Assembly (NCBI GenBank): GCA_051294905.1
Contig: CM119379.1
Coordinates: 17,360,001 to 17,424,000, forward strand
Source of the DNA: Botryllus schlosseri
Lineage: Eukaryota
DNA length: 64,000 nucleotides
Direction of reading: 5' to 3'
Part shown: positions 46,901 through 61,900 of the stretch, piece by piece
How positions within the stretch are numbered: the stretch's first letter is position 1
Layout: every line of letters starts with the position of its first letter
Translations under genes and position numbers: made by a program
The notes under the pieces: generated by a model
Database searches by the model: none
Told to the model about the DNA's origin: nothing
Seen by the model: the letters and a program-made list of their open reading frames with translations, nothing else

Positions 46901-49900
46901 GTTCACCGCCGATAGCGAAAAAATGCTTTAAAAAACGCTAACGAATACGCAAATGGATAGAAATAACAGTAAGTTACGAGATGGCTCAGTATGAAAGATC
47001 ACAGCATTGCACATAAACCATAGCGAGAGAAGCAGTGTTAGCATTGACCTTTGCAACACATCTGACGTTCTCGCATTCGACACCGCACCCTTACCACACT
47101 ACATAAGCTAACGCCTTGTTGTCTGACTCACGCCGGGAGTCCTGATACAGAGCCGAGTTACGAAACGTATCGTTTGCGCGCGAACCTCCGCCACGTGGAA
47201 ACTGATTATAACACCGAGGCCATGATGCAAAGAAAAACTGCTACGTCGCCGGCGATAATGAAAATACAACTCAACTGATGCCATTGCCCGCTCAGACAGT
47301 CCTTTTTCGCTACCATTAAAATTTCGACCCACAGATTTCGCCTTAACAATCACAGGCTAACGCCACAATACTTCCTGTATCAAATACAAGTTGTCGGCTG
47401 CAGCCGGCGAAACCAGAGAACTTCACACTAAAATCGAGTTTCGAAATATCTAGCTGCCCGCGATGCCGGATTGATACAAGATATCAGCAGTCCTTTCGCG
47501 CTAGCGCTAAAATTTCGAGCAACATATTCGCCATCATGCTCACAGCCTAACACTATACCAAATCAACATGAGTTACCGACCCTTATCACCAGTACTAGAA
47601 AACTTCACTCAAACCGAGCCTCGACCCACCAGATCACCTATCTGCCTACCTGTAACGCCTACAAAATGGAAAGACGGGTGGATTCGAGAGACAAGTGACC
47701 GACTAAATATCTGCGTAAGAAATGATAAATAGCTTCTCTGGCGACATCTGCTGACGTGTTTCAATCCAAAAATGGCACACGCAGACATGCGGGGCCTCGA
47801 GACACTGCTACGGCCGAAATACATCACTCGGTTGTGGCCGTTTGGAGTTCCTATTTCGTTTCACTTTTCTTGTACTTTTCACATTGTTGATTTTCAGTTT
47901 GACGAAGCAATAAAACTGCATCTCTCTTAAACGGTCGAGACACAAAAAGACGGACTTGAAAATACCCGAGGCGATATACAAAATACAGTCGTGTAAAAGA
48001 GAGCACACTAAAGTCGCACGAAATCACGATCGACCGGAAATTTGGATTATAACTCACTTGTACTGAGCGGATTCTCTCTGACAGGGTAACGACCATTCCA
48101 TACCCAACTTGAGCAGCTCGCTGAGTTTTTCAGCGACGGTGTATGAAGCAGCGCGTCCCGGCGGTGGGTAGTAGGGAATGTTATGCCTGAACAAGCGACG
48201 CATAAGTACAAAATTAACAAAGATCTATACTACCACATATGGAAGTACAGGTGGTACAATCGATCCCAACACAGCATAGCAGTGGAATATATTTAGATGA
48301 TAACATACTTGGTATTGAGAAATTCATGCAAAACAAGCACCGTCAAAAGTAACTAGACCCGGTAGGTCACAAACAAAACTATGACATACCGGCAGAATCG
48401 AAATTGCTACGTGTCACTCACAAGACATGAATATATCCTGACAACAACTGAGCACTCAACCACACAAGTGGTACATGCCCAGATGCTGATCCTGCTGACT
48501 AAAAAATGTCATTAGTAGGGCATTCTTTTTTGACATGCCAAAATAATTCAAAATTATGCCAAAATTGTAGCGTTAAGTAAGGACAGACGCATTCTACCCG
48601 ATAATGTAGGATAGTATCTTTCGTACATTGTACTACAACAAATTTTAATTATTTCTACCATAATGCAGGATGTAGCTACTGGAATTCTTCGTACATCCAG
48701 ATTTCGTTTTATAAAATGAAGTTTTCTCATGTAAAAACATGTCAGTTATTAGGTCAAAAAAGTTTTTTCCGTTTAAATTACTTCGTAAGCACAGACAGAA
48801 ATGAAGATAAGTAGTACGATTCCAACACACTGTGGAAAAACACCTTATTTATATACATGAGGTCAAAATTTGGTCAAAATCAAGTTTTTTTAAGGTCAAA
48901 AATGTCAAAATTTCGATTTTTGGGGTATAAATCTTCTGTTTTAGGTTAAACAAATCGCCCTACTCATCACTTATCAATCAGCTTCAGCTTCAGCAATGTG
49001 ACTCAGAATTGGGTTGTCCTTAATTTTTGTTTAGTTTTGCGCATATATCCCTCACCACTGTTGGTAACTACCAGTTTGGGCTGCTACGCCCAGCCTCAAA
49101 TCCGACCGCGGTAAATTCAAAATCAAATATCCGCCAACCTGTATCTCTGCCTCAACGGTATTCCGATAGCCAGCTTCGCCAGTAATCCAAATAATTCGGC
49201 CATCGACCTCCCGAGTCGCGACGCAGCAAGAACAACCGACCGGACCACTTTTTGAAACGAGTTCCAGGGTCCGGCGTTCTGAAAGGCGGCACAGAAACCG
49301 TGAAAGACTCAGTTGACTCAGAAAGACTTGATGGAAAAGATTTAAAGAGATCTCACCTGATTGTCTTCCTCCATTGCTTCTTTGCCTTTGCCTTGCGAGT
49401 TGGCCCTTTCCAGCATGATGGTTCGAAGTCGGGCGGCCGGTTCACATACTGAATGAAGATACATACAGAATACATAACAAACAGCATGCATAGTATTCGG
49501 TGTCAGATAGGAATGATCGATACCACACCACCTTGGGGGTTAACTATTCTGTTCAAACCTGCAGCAAACACGGACACTGCCTCTACAAAGTCCACATGAT
49601 CTGGTTGTGAACAACGTTAATCAAGAAATGAAAACAACTTACTAATAGTAGCAAACATTTAAAATGAAGAAATATCATGGTTAAGTAGGCCGATAATGTT
49701 AATATGGGGATAACAGGTAATCAATGGAATATTATCTAAATACATCATCATATCGGATATGTTGAGGTGGTTAATACCAGAAGTACCCGAGGAGACGGTA
49801 GGATGTCATAAGCTAGGTCACCGCTAGCCGATGGGTAAGTATATTTTATGTACTGTAGGTATTTGAAATCGAACAAACTTGTCAGGGACAGTGGATCACA

Positions 49901-52900
49901 AATTTTTTCTAACCTACAGAAAAATGCAGGTCCGAATGAATTTGGTACAGAAAAGAAATCCGATGTCGAGATAGCCTGCATTCCCAAGTGGGGAGCTACA
50001 AGCTCCCGATAGAAATGAACTGAATTCCGAGAAGTCATCAAAGTGGAACTGCTCTCGACGAAGATAACGTCGATTGTGTATTAGAAAGCACGACATGCGT
50101 AATCATTCCGAAAGTTATCATTGTATCACATCCACGCGATGACAGGCACTCTATGCCAGACAAACAAACTTGATCGACCCCGGGTGACACGGGATTTCAA
50201 ATTCATCCTATTTTTTCCCTTATTTCCAGGAAAACAGCCACAATGAAAAAAGGCACCTTCGGTCTCCTCGTTTTTAGGGCAGAAAGTCATCAGCATTGTC
50301 GCCTCCCAAATCAGACAGCAGTAGAGCTTGTTCAGTCGCGCGAGTATCTGAAGATCGGGACGAAGCCAGATTAGGTGTGTATGACAGTACCCCAGAAATG
50401 AACAGACACAGTAAATATCTTCTCAATTACAAGTAGAAGTAACTATTTTCCCGAAGAGTAAAGACTATTTCAAGAATAAGGTCAAAAGTACAAAAATACC
50501 TAGTTTCAAAAGTATATTAGCTCAGGGGTCGCATAGTCTTTTGAAGTGGCTGCTTTTAAAATTGAAACATGTATCTTCTTGACTAACACAAAATGACTAA
50601 TCGCAGTATGAATAGGTGTCATAATCTCAAGAACATATTTAGCTACCGTGATACTGGAGCTATTACGCCCTGCTGTTATGACAATTCCACTCAAAAACGT
50701 CGCGTTAACTTATCCAAACTATTTCCTTCTTTTCAAAATACAAATGCGGGAAAGGCAAGTAGTTTCAGCAAATAAACGATCAATCAGAAGTAGAATTTGT
50801 CCAAAACATAACCAGTTGAGCAAGGCAGAGCCTGCTCGAGTGCCATGAAAACGTAGAAGTACTTTGTTTCTGACAACTGGAAATAAACCCAAAACATTTG
50901 GAGAATATTGAATAAAACCACGAGACTTACCTCCAGTCCACTTTCGCCTGCCCAATTGCCGACCAGCATGTTCCTTATATCATTCTAAATGCAGAGTGAA
51001 ATATTCGGTGAATCAAATTAGGATATATGGCCGAAACTCATTGTAAAAACGTACCTGTTGTGTCCTGCTGATGTGCAAAAACACCATCACGAATGCGTGA
51101 GCGTGCACCAGCGTTTGTATCAGCGGAATGTCTGACGGATCACAGCCTGACGGCGCCGTAGCTAGCTCATACAGTACAACGCTGCCGTTTGCGATCCTGT
51201 TAAAAGAAAGGCACATATCTTCACCGACTGTGTACTCATACTTTTTCAACGCGGGCAAAAGTAGGTCGTCTGTGCTTGTGTGATTTGTGCTTATGGCTTT
51301 GATATCTGGGTGCTTTCTCTTAACACTGAACTGATTTTCGTTACAACGATATTATCATTAGCGAAATCGTCATTACCGCCGACTAATCTGGCCGTGGCTA
51401 GTTGGCTATTCTTTATTATCCACGGAGATGAATCACGTAACTATAGGGGTCACCGTGCAGGATACCAACGAGAAATCACCAGGATAACGCAGTCCTTGAA
51501 CTAGCTTACAAAGGTAGGCCTTACTAAACGGAAGCACTTTCAACACTTGAGGGGACTAGCAACTGTATAATTTGAGCAAGCATCAAAATTTTCAACTTAT
51601 CTCTTTTTGGTTGTAAATGTTAACATGGTACCTTTGTTTTTACGTCACTACCTTATCTCACCAGAAAAAAACAATTTCACAGGGCATGCCTTTATTATTT
51701 TCTTTCACTGCGTAAATGCTCAATTGAGTTTTTCTCCATTGTAAAACACCATTACATCGCTTCATCAGAAACCCAAAATTTGTACGAAATTTTCGTCGTA
51801 AATGACTCGCTCGTGGTTTTATGAAAAGATCCAAGTTTCGCTAATTTTGTTTGGAATAGGTATTACATGGTATGAGCTACAGAACTAAATATCTCCAAGA
51901 CTAGTAGCACGTAATCCTTCAAATTTTAGAAACATACAAGACTGTCCTATTACTTCCTAAAACAGGCAGTAGTTAGTGAGATTTTGTTTATAGCATAGCA
52001 TCACCTAGCAGCTGTGAAAATGTCATGCTGATGGGGCTTGCCCTTCGCGAGATAGCGTTGTTGAGTAGCTAGTTCCCTCAACTTGTTCTGCGCTTTACAA
52101 CATTAAGTGTACTCGAGCGATATCGGTGACTGCCACAACACTACCTACGCTTATTACAAAAGAGGGAGCTTTAACCTGGTCTGGTGACCAGAGATACAAG
52201 CGCAGCCAGTCAGTAATGAAGTACTTATACTCTTTCAGATTCTTCAAGTAGGTTTTGCCTTCTTGCACAACTTTACTCAACCAAATCTACTTCTCAAACC
52301 ATTTAGAGAACATTCCAGACCTTTCACTTTCTACTGTTAGTTTTGACACGTCTTGAAAGTGGTTACTTTTCCATATAATTGAGTATCAACTTAAAAACGC
52401 TGACAACTTTGACCACCTCTTGTTACGAACTGCATTCGAAGTAGTTTTTCGTCAAGTGAACGCATCCTAATCGGAATGCAAACCCGTAAAACTCTAAAAC
52501 ATAATCAAGTCTTCAAAATGATTTCAGCAACCTTCGTATTGATAACCGTTGTCAATACGGCATATCGCTGACGAGTGACGACATGTAAATTTTCGAAAAC
52601 TAAAAAATCGGACTTGTTCTATCATCGTGAGTGTGGGACAGGACAATTAACCATAAACTGCTCAAAGACGACGGCGAAACAGAAAAAAACCATACATTTT
52701 AGGCAATGCGGAAGAGAATAGGCTTTTATGGAGAAACCATGCCTATGAAAATTGAAGAATAACCATCGTGCGTGCCCCGAAAGTGCTTACATAAATCAGT
52801 GAACTTACTCCCATAGAGTTTCATCCCGTTCGGCGTTAACGGGCGAGTACATCATCTCCAATTGGGTCAAAATTGAATTGAATTCGGTGAGTCCGTCGCT

Positions 52901-55900
52901 GAAGACTTGTGATTTCTTTGATAGCGTCTAAAAACAAAGCAAGAACTGCAAGATGCTGTCACGCAATGACAAGAAGTCTACCGAAAACGGAGTACAGCAG
53001 TGGTTCAAAGCCGCCAGTCCACAGACCAGTGTCAGTCGGTGTCGACTTTACAAATATATTACAGTTATGTATCTTGATTGCAAAATGTTGGACACTTGTT
53101 CACGGATTAGAGAAAGGAAACCTCAAATTTTCAATTAGTTAGGAAATTTGAAATGTACTTTTTTGCACGGTATCATAATATACGGTTCATGGCTTACTTC
53201 TATCTTGGCGCGAGTTGTAAGTCACAATCGCAACGCCGCAAGTCTGTTACCAAACTGTTTAAAAAGTAGCCTACGTTACAACACGTTTAGGACCAGTTGT
53301 TTCAAATGAAAACTAAAAGCAAAATATGTGAAATTTCGTCGGTAAAATTTGTCAGCACAACAGAGGCTAGCAAACAGCTAGTCGTAGTTCTTTCGAAAGA
53401 AACTGGGCAATCATAATCAAGGTTTTCAACAGGACTTTTCCTTGCAGAAGCTTGAACATAATGTGTAATATAAAAAAGCAGCGACAAATTCCTCAATAGC
53501 CAATATCTGCTTCAGAGTTATCTTCATTTGCGTTAATTTAGATTTTTCATAGGTTCACCGGCTCGCAAAATTGATTTCGAAATTTTGACATTAAACAAAA
53601 AAACTCTGACGACTGAGTGCGGTCGAAGCAAAAATGCAATCCGTATTGCGCATTCTACAGCGTGGCATGTGTACGTCGCTTACCAATATCGATTTTACGA
53701 GGTTCGCCACCGATTGGCAGGCGGGCGAAGCCGGGAAGTCCATGGGCAAGGCGCGCAGATGCAGCAGTTGAAACAGGATAGGTAAGCCCCCGTGAGTCTG
53801 GAATTCTTGACAGTGATCGTCGGTGGCGTTGTTGCTCACAATCGCTTGAATGAACTTCATCTGGCAAAACGTGGGCATTACGCTAACATCAGTGCCGCTC
53901 AGTGTGGGAAGAAGCATATTTTCAACGCGACTTACCACGTTGTGGATGTAATCCAAGAGAGGGACCGCTTGCTTGCTCTCGGAGGGAAAAAACCTAAAAC
54001 AAAGATATCCGAATCGATCGCGACGAGGCACGACAAAAAAAACGCCAGCGCACTTACGTCTGAGCGAGAGCAGCCGGCTTTCGGGACGCGGCCGCATCTT
54101 CGTCTTCACTTTCTACAACGCAAAAATGACTTTTACTCAAAACTGGCAAGAGATACACACTCTAGTGGTGGGAAACAGTTTGCCCAGATATTAGTCTTTG
54201 TTCTTGCCTTATACCAAGTTGAATAGCTTAGAAGGCTTGGTTGTTTGTTCGCAGGCTATTCCATACGTCAATGGTGCGCTTGCACTGGTCCCACCTACTG
54301 TCCTACATGAAGGGTTTCCATTTGCCAACTTTTTCGAACGGTTGGCCACAAAAATTGAAATGTTATGCCAAACTATCTGACTGTGAATATGAATCTCTAA
54401 TTGTATGACAATTTAATGTATACATTACACACTGAATGACACCAAACAACTTTGTAGCCGTCAATTTGAAGGCAATTGTGACTTACTACCAGAATATTCC
54501 AGAATAATTACGGTACCTAGCATCGCTTCATGGAAGTAAAAATTGCAGACACAGTCAGTTAACGTAGACGAGAGATCAACGAGAATGACAAAAAAAAGAT
54601 GAATGCCAAATAACCCACAGATAAATTGATGCTGATTAACCACACCGGCTTTTATATATCTGATCGAAATATTACCTGTATCGTCTCCCCCACCGAGCAA
54701 AGCTTCGAAAGGCGTAGAAGAGGTACTTCCGGTTGTTTCCGACTTACTCGGGGCTAGTCTAAATCGAAGAAACACAACGCTGTAGGCAGCACGTGGAAAG
54801 CCACAAATCTAGGGCGACTTACTTTGTGCATACCGTGCTCGGGTCATGACCCAGCGCTTTAAGCTGATGTAACAACTCAATGATTGCTTTCATGGCGTCC
54901 GGCCGCAACGTGGGCTGGTGACGCATCAGTTCATCCATAGCGTTTCCGAGATTCGAAGCAGTGTCGCGGTCTGTCGGGGGAGAGGTCATTAGCCAATCTG
55001 GCACGACAATTTGCATTAACCGGCTGAGGAGGAACGCATCAACACAACAAATGCGTCGAATCAAGAAATGGAATCTGTCGCAAACCGATTTAAATTGTGA
55101 TAATTGTCCAGTCTGGAGAATTATTCATTATAAGTTATTAATATAAGAGCTAGAATCCGGGTCAGGTATCAATTGTAGTGGTTCAAGCTGAGTAGAGAAA
55201 GTAGATCTTTTCAAGCACCGAAATTCTGCGAGGAATATAGTATTGATACTTTCTACTCATCGCGAGAGCCTCCACACCTTGATTGGTCGTCATAAACATG
55301 TTGCTCGGGCCTACGAAATTCATGCAAATGAATTCTGTAAAGCAATGACCTGTGGGCACAACAGGACACGGTCACAACATGCAATCAAAAAGCCATGACC
55401 ACGAAAGGCAAGATAAATTTAGATGAACTGTGACAGGCATTATTTTATTGTTCCTTCAAAAAGGAACACGTATTTAAAGCTCTCAATTACCAATATCACG
55501 AACATCCATCATCACGTGTTAATATCAAAAGAAGAAACAATACACAAAACACCACTCACCAACGGGACTTGACCCGCGACGCGTACGCATCGCCAGCAAA
55601 TAATTCGGACTGAGCATGACTTTGAACAGCCTCTCGAACGGCTTGTGATTCACAAACGACTCCAGTCCTCGCGCATTCAAGCACAATGCACTAGAGAAAT
55701 CGTAAGATAACAATCAATTTCACCAGGCGAGCGGAAAAATAAAGCAGAATACCTAAAGACGTTAGGCAACGACGCCAGAACCTCCCTTGTCGCCGGTGGG
55801 TCTTTGACTAATAACGCGTTCAGCATCGCGTCGGTGATTCCATTGTCTTGTAATACAGAAAGCAGTGACGGCTCTTGGAAAACGTATACCGTCACCACCT

Positions 55901-58900
55901 CCATCGCTGGAAAATAAGTCATTGAAGCGCAGATCAATGAAAGTGTAAAGAAAAAAACCCGTCCGTTAGTACCCAACAAGAACAGCGAGGGTCCATAATA
56001 CTCCACGTTGTTGACAAGATGCTTCAACGAGTCGGGCAGGCTGCCGTCCATGATGTGGCGCACCTCCTCGCCAAAGACGTGGTCCGATATCGCTTTTTTC
56101 AGGAAGTTCAAAATTGACTTGAACAAGGCGGCGCGCTGCGGCAAACACTGGATGCCTGAAACCGATTTCAAAGTTTTGAAATCTTATCCTGACACCGCCG
56201 TGATAATAGATGCGTGTGTACACTGCTTGACCAAATTTCAGGAATACCATGGACTTCGTCAATAGCAAATTAAAATGTTTACAGACACTCTACCAACCTT
56301 GAAATATTTCGTTAATATATACTGCTACCGTATATGTCTGCTCAACATTCTTCCGTGTACAGTACACACGACACAAGTTTTCTTTGATATATGACTACAG
56401 CATGGTTACCGGCGCAGATGACCTGGTCTAGAGTTCTTTTTAAAGTAACATCGTCACGCCATACTTTGCCAGATTGGTTTTATTTCCATCTCTGTTCATA
56501 TGCTGATATCGTGACAGTAAGTCTCAGTAAGGTTAAACACAAAAAGACTTTTGGGTTAAACAAGTTTTACTGCCATGAATGTAATCCTGGGAACAACACA
56601 GGTCGCCTATTCTACCAGTACACTGAAATCAATATCCCAACTGTTTTCAAAGGTCATTTTCCTTAGACGACATTTTAGCAACATCGCGAAGAGTTCTATA
56701 CACGATATGCCGCATCAGGCATCACCAAGACCATAATCTAGCAATTCAATCCCCGGTTACATTCTAGCAGCCACAATACTTACCTTTTTTCCCGTCCACC
56801 GTGTCAATCCTACATAGGTCGACTTCGTGCATCAAACGATCAATAAAGATTTGCAGTCCTCCGAGTCCTTGAAAAGCTTGCCATTCCACGTTCGTGATCA
56901 AATCCACGACCCTGACGGCTCTTGTGACAAACTAAAAGAGATCGGGCAAGTCAAGAGATGCCAGGACACTAACGAGGCTCATTTCCAACCAACAGAAGCG
57001 AAGTTATTGGAGTTCAAAATTTTGGAGTTCCAAAAAATAGTATTTACGGTGGCAAATTCTTCCATTATTTATTACAGATCTACCCACCGCAAATACTATG
57101 ATTTGAAATCTTGAATTTTATATATCAATAACTTTGCTTCTACTGGTTCGAATTAACCCAAGTTTGGTATTTTTGAACAGGCCCTACTGACCACCCATGT
57201 TTTGACACTGATGCAACTAGGCAAAACTTAACAAGATACTTTGAAAAAGTTCAAGTACTTTACTACTGACCACCTCTTTGACACAACGCAAGCAACGTAC
57301 CGTAGTCTGTTCCTGCTGGTCGCCCATGGTGATAACAACATTTAACAACGGCCCCATCATGCCGCTTTGCACCAACGCCTCTCCGCCGTTTTCGTAACTC
57401 GACAAGTGATACAGGAACGAAAAAAGCGCCGTCGTGAAATTCGGGGTGAACTCCAAGGAGCCTGAAATAAGCCATAGGCTACACACTTCTTTGCGAATCA
57501 ACAACTGTAACTAATTGAATATATTATTTAACTGTGTATTGAAGTTCTGTACCTCGAAGAGTCTTTTCAAACTCTACGTAAGCTCAAGCAAACACATTAA
57601 TAACATCGCTATCTCTGTGTTTACATTCTACAGGAATATTAGATACCGTCTGGGACTAACGAAAAATCTCGATAATAGCTTTACCATTTAGGATCAAGAC
57701 AGAACAAAGCGTAGTTAAGCGTTACTGCTATGAAAATTAAAGTATTAACCCAAGACTAGAGTTGTCTGCGAGTATAAAATCCGCAAGCAATATCGGAAAT
57801 ATGTTTCTGCAAATATACTGCATAGGCGACCAATTATTATTACTTCCTTATATCACGATCATAATTGAGATTAATAATAAAAGCAATCGCAATTATCCAG
57901 AATCCAATTACTTCCACTCGAGACATTGGCACAGCTAGACGCAGAGGCACATCCCGAACTATTACTTGGTGCCGATCTTAGATTATTTAAGTTAGGGAAA
58001 GAATGACTGTGCAGCTACTTGTGCTCAATCGCGACCGTCCACAAAAACCGGTCAAATCGGATCAGAACACAGGGGCTCATAAACAGACGCAAGATCTAGT
58101 ATGAACCTGCACATACAGAGATTATTAATTTCACCAGATCAGATACCAAGTCTGAAAAACTTAGCTAGTCATGCAGAGTGGCCTAATGAACTTGAAGTCA
58201 CAATCTTGATCACGAAAAACTTAGACGAAAACTAAAATCCGCAAAAAGCAACGAAAAAACGTACCAGGATCGGGATCTTTTTCGGTCATCTTCTTAATGC
58301 ACCTCCGAACGAGTACCGGCAGAAAGCCGTGATACTGCGCGACGCCAGTTGCGTCTACGACAGTACCGACTCGCGGGGTCCTGTCCCGGCACTCCAAATG
58401 TACTATCGATGTCAATGTTCGCAGAGCCGCGGCTTTGATATCCTGGGAGACAAGCAGACACATCGCTCTCCGTTCAATTTCAACATATCGAAATTCGATA
58501 CTCACTACTATGTTTGAGTCGGTGACCTGTAAGATGTCCACTAGTTCTTCGATAAAGCCGTTGTAGAGGATATTCGGAATATTGTTGACAGACGATTGCA
58601 GACTGTTCATATACACTGCCAATTATAAATACTTTTTAGTAATTATTCTGATTCAATCGACTTAAAATCGACAGTAAATACACAAGCAATCGACATTTAC
58701 TTATCCCCTAATTTAATTTAAATAAGGAGTAGCAAGACCTCAACTAATCCTACTGTCCAATCGACTACTGTCTTTCAAGTTTGAAGACACAATTGTTAGT
58801 CTGTCATTACACAATAAATAAGCAGGGCACAAAAAATTAGTAAATATTTAATGGGAGCACAACCTGTACAAGCGGTACATGATCAATACCTGGAAAATTT

Positions 58901-61900
58901 TGAGGAATCTACCAGTTCAGTTATGTACATCAGCGTCAAAGGTCACAAAAGAGAATCTCAATCAGTTACATGAATTTACTCAACAATTTAACTGCAATGA
59001 AGACTATCTTGGTCACACCAAATTTCCAAGCCTGATAACTGCAACGCTAACAATATGAAAATTGGTAACTCCACGAGTCCACGTTGAACCCTATTCTATA
59101 TGGAAGCAGAACGATAGGACAGTGTTGCCAATTTAGCGATTTTCACGCTAGATCTAGTGATTTTTCATCCGGTTTAGCGCCAAAAAATATGGATCTAGCG
59201 CCTGGCGATAAATCTAGCGATTTTTGAAAAAGTATTTAGCAATTATTTAGCGCTTTTTTACCGAAAATAACCAATAAAGATCAGTTCTGGCTGACATGAC
59301 ATCAAGTTGTGCAACATTTCTCGCTCCATGAAAATACGTTCGGACGATTTGTCATGGTTGAGTGACTTTGGGTAGTAGATACGCAACTCCTGGCAGTTAC
59401 GCATGGGCAAACAGTGTCTCGTCTTCCTGAGTAGCATAATTGGCAGTGCTACATCTGCCGACCTAAGCGCTGAAATTTAATATAATTGGCAATGATCGCA
59501 AGATAGTTGTCGCAGTGATTTCGAAAATACAAAATAAAATCTCGTCCGGACAATCGAGCCATGCACCCGGAAACTGCCCTCAAAGTTTGAAAACCGGCAT
59601 TGCTCCAACAATGGCACCGCTGCAAGACAATGAACATAACAATGACCAATTTCGTCCAGAGATTGTTCTGATCAATGCCGATTTTCAGACTTTGGGGGCT
59701 GTTTTGAGGTCGTCATATTGTCTTGAGAAGAATTTAATTTGTATTTTCGGAATCAGTGTGACACTAGCTTTCGTTTAAGACCAGAATAATTACATTTCAT
59801 ACCCGGGTTGGTCCTCGGATTATTTTCTCAATGTCTCTACTTATAGTGGCTGGCAAACCCGGTTCAAGTCGTGTTGTGTCGGGTCAAGTCGCATGTCGTC
59901 TACACGTGAGTCAAGTCGCATGTCGTGTTCAAGTACTCCAACACAGATTAGAGAAGAGGTCAAGCGCATTTCCACGGTACATCGCATCACTTATTTACGG
60001 ACGCATCGAGCAAGGCACGCTTATATAGTGAGAGGTTATGCCTGCAAACCTGGCCAGTGGTCACGCAAAGCGATCTGCTTTATCGAAATGCACTACACGT
60101 TTTGTCCCGCTTAGAGATGACTATTACGTATTATGAACTAGAAATATGGTAAGTAACTTTGGACCCAGACGAGTGAAATATAGCTGAGAAGAATGTATTT
60201 AAATGATGGTTCAATTTGACACCTTTCGCAATTAATGTAGATTTAGCGCTATTTTTTAGCGCTTTTTTCTCAATATTTAGCGACATCTAGCGATTTTTGA
60301 CACCAGTTTTAGCAATTTTCTTCCATCACGAGTTGGCAACACTGCGATAGGATCGGTAGACAGATGCTCCAGATCTAATCAATCGAGGTTACCATACCGT
60401 AAAATGCAATAACATCCGCAATCAATTGTCAATACGATGGTGGTAACACCGGTGTCAAGGAACTAACCTAGCACAGATATCGCATGAAGCCGCGCTTGCA
60501 CGCATTTCAATCTCGAGTCGCGCTTCGAAAAACTGTAAGCGAGCCGCAGGTGGGTGTACAGGAGCATCCTTTTATCCTCCGGCACCGGATACATCTCCAA
60601 AAGCGAATCCATGATCTCGGCAGGATTAGACGGAAACTACAAAACAGAGAATTTGTGTTAACCGCCACCTCAATCGAACCTTCCCCACACCCTACCTCGT
60701 CCACGTTTTCGATATGGATGCAGTAAACTGCGCTTTGCAAGTTTTCGAGTCGCCCGTCATCCGCGGGCTCGGAATAAAATTCGTAATGAAGAGTCGTCGC
60801 ATTTCGCGGATAGGCCTGTAAAGATTATCCACAAGATAAGCATAAACATCAAAGTATAGAGCAGTGCATGAAGCAGGCAGTGCACGAGTCTCATACATAA
60901 CTTCTACTCCTTAGTCTAGTTTGGCAACCCCTACTGCCCTAGCCTCGTCACGTGCTGACCATGGCTGGGTAAAATCTAGTAGCTGGCTGATTCAATTACG
61001 AGTCATGCATCAAGCTTCGAGTCCAAGTTTTCAAATACCACGAATGAGAAAATTTTGGAACTGAAATAAGTAACTTTCATTCGATCACAAAAAAACACTG
61101 CCAGTTCAACTTGGTTAGAAATAATTTCCTGTTAGTTTGCCATAAATATGACGCAACACATGGCAACAGTACCGAGAGTTGATCACTACTTCGAAAAAAT
61201 GCCTCGTTTTATAAACATGCGTAGCCCCTTGCCGCGTGTTTCAGGTGATATTGAAATGGAAATTTTGAACGTATTTCAAGAGCCCAGTGCAGTTTCAGAT
61301 GGGTACGATCCAATTCCAAACGTAGGCTGATGTTTTTGGAAGGAGATTGTAGTCTGTTTCAAAGAAGCCGGATTGTATGCAAACTGTCCCCTTGTCACTC
61401 AATGAATTGGCTGCACCATTATCACTCCTAAACAGCTGAAATCGGTGTACTTCAATGACTCTAATTCGAAAAGAAGAAACAGATGAAGATTTTGTTCACG
61501 TTCGGATTTCATGAAACTGGACTCGGCTGTTGAGACCGGCAAATTTGAGCAATTATTCCTGCAGCTCCTCAAAAAATTTGAATCAGTGCCGGTACAGATA
61601 TCGAGCGAACTGAATTCAAGAATTGAACTTAAAATATAGAATACACAATCCGTTCATCCCCGGTGCACTCCAACAAGACACTAGTTCAGCTTATAAGGGT
61701 GGAAGGTGTGCATTTGGACAGGATTCTATACTATTCGACATTACATTAATGATGTTGCTAAATCGTTGTGCAAAGCTCGACCAGCGCCGACATTCACCAT
61801 ACAATAGAGATAATTTCCGTCAACTTTGCAAATGGAAGATAACATCAACTCTCTCACCGTTTTTGGCAGATCCTTCACAGCGTCCGCAAGACCGAATCCA

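Noticed and set aside
59300-59400. SSERIF peptide inside the 59120-60344 element, reminiscent of the hAT dimerisation motif
   Set aside because: Four to six residues with no supporting context; not enough to call a transposase remnant.
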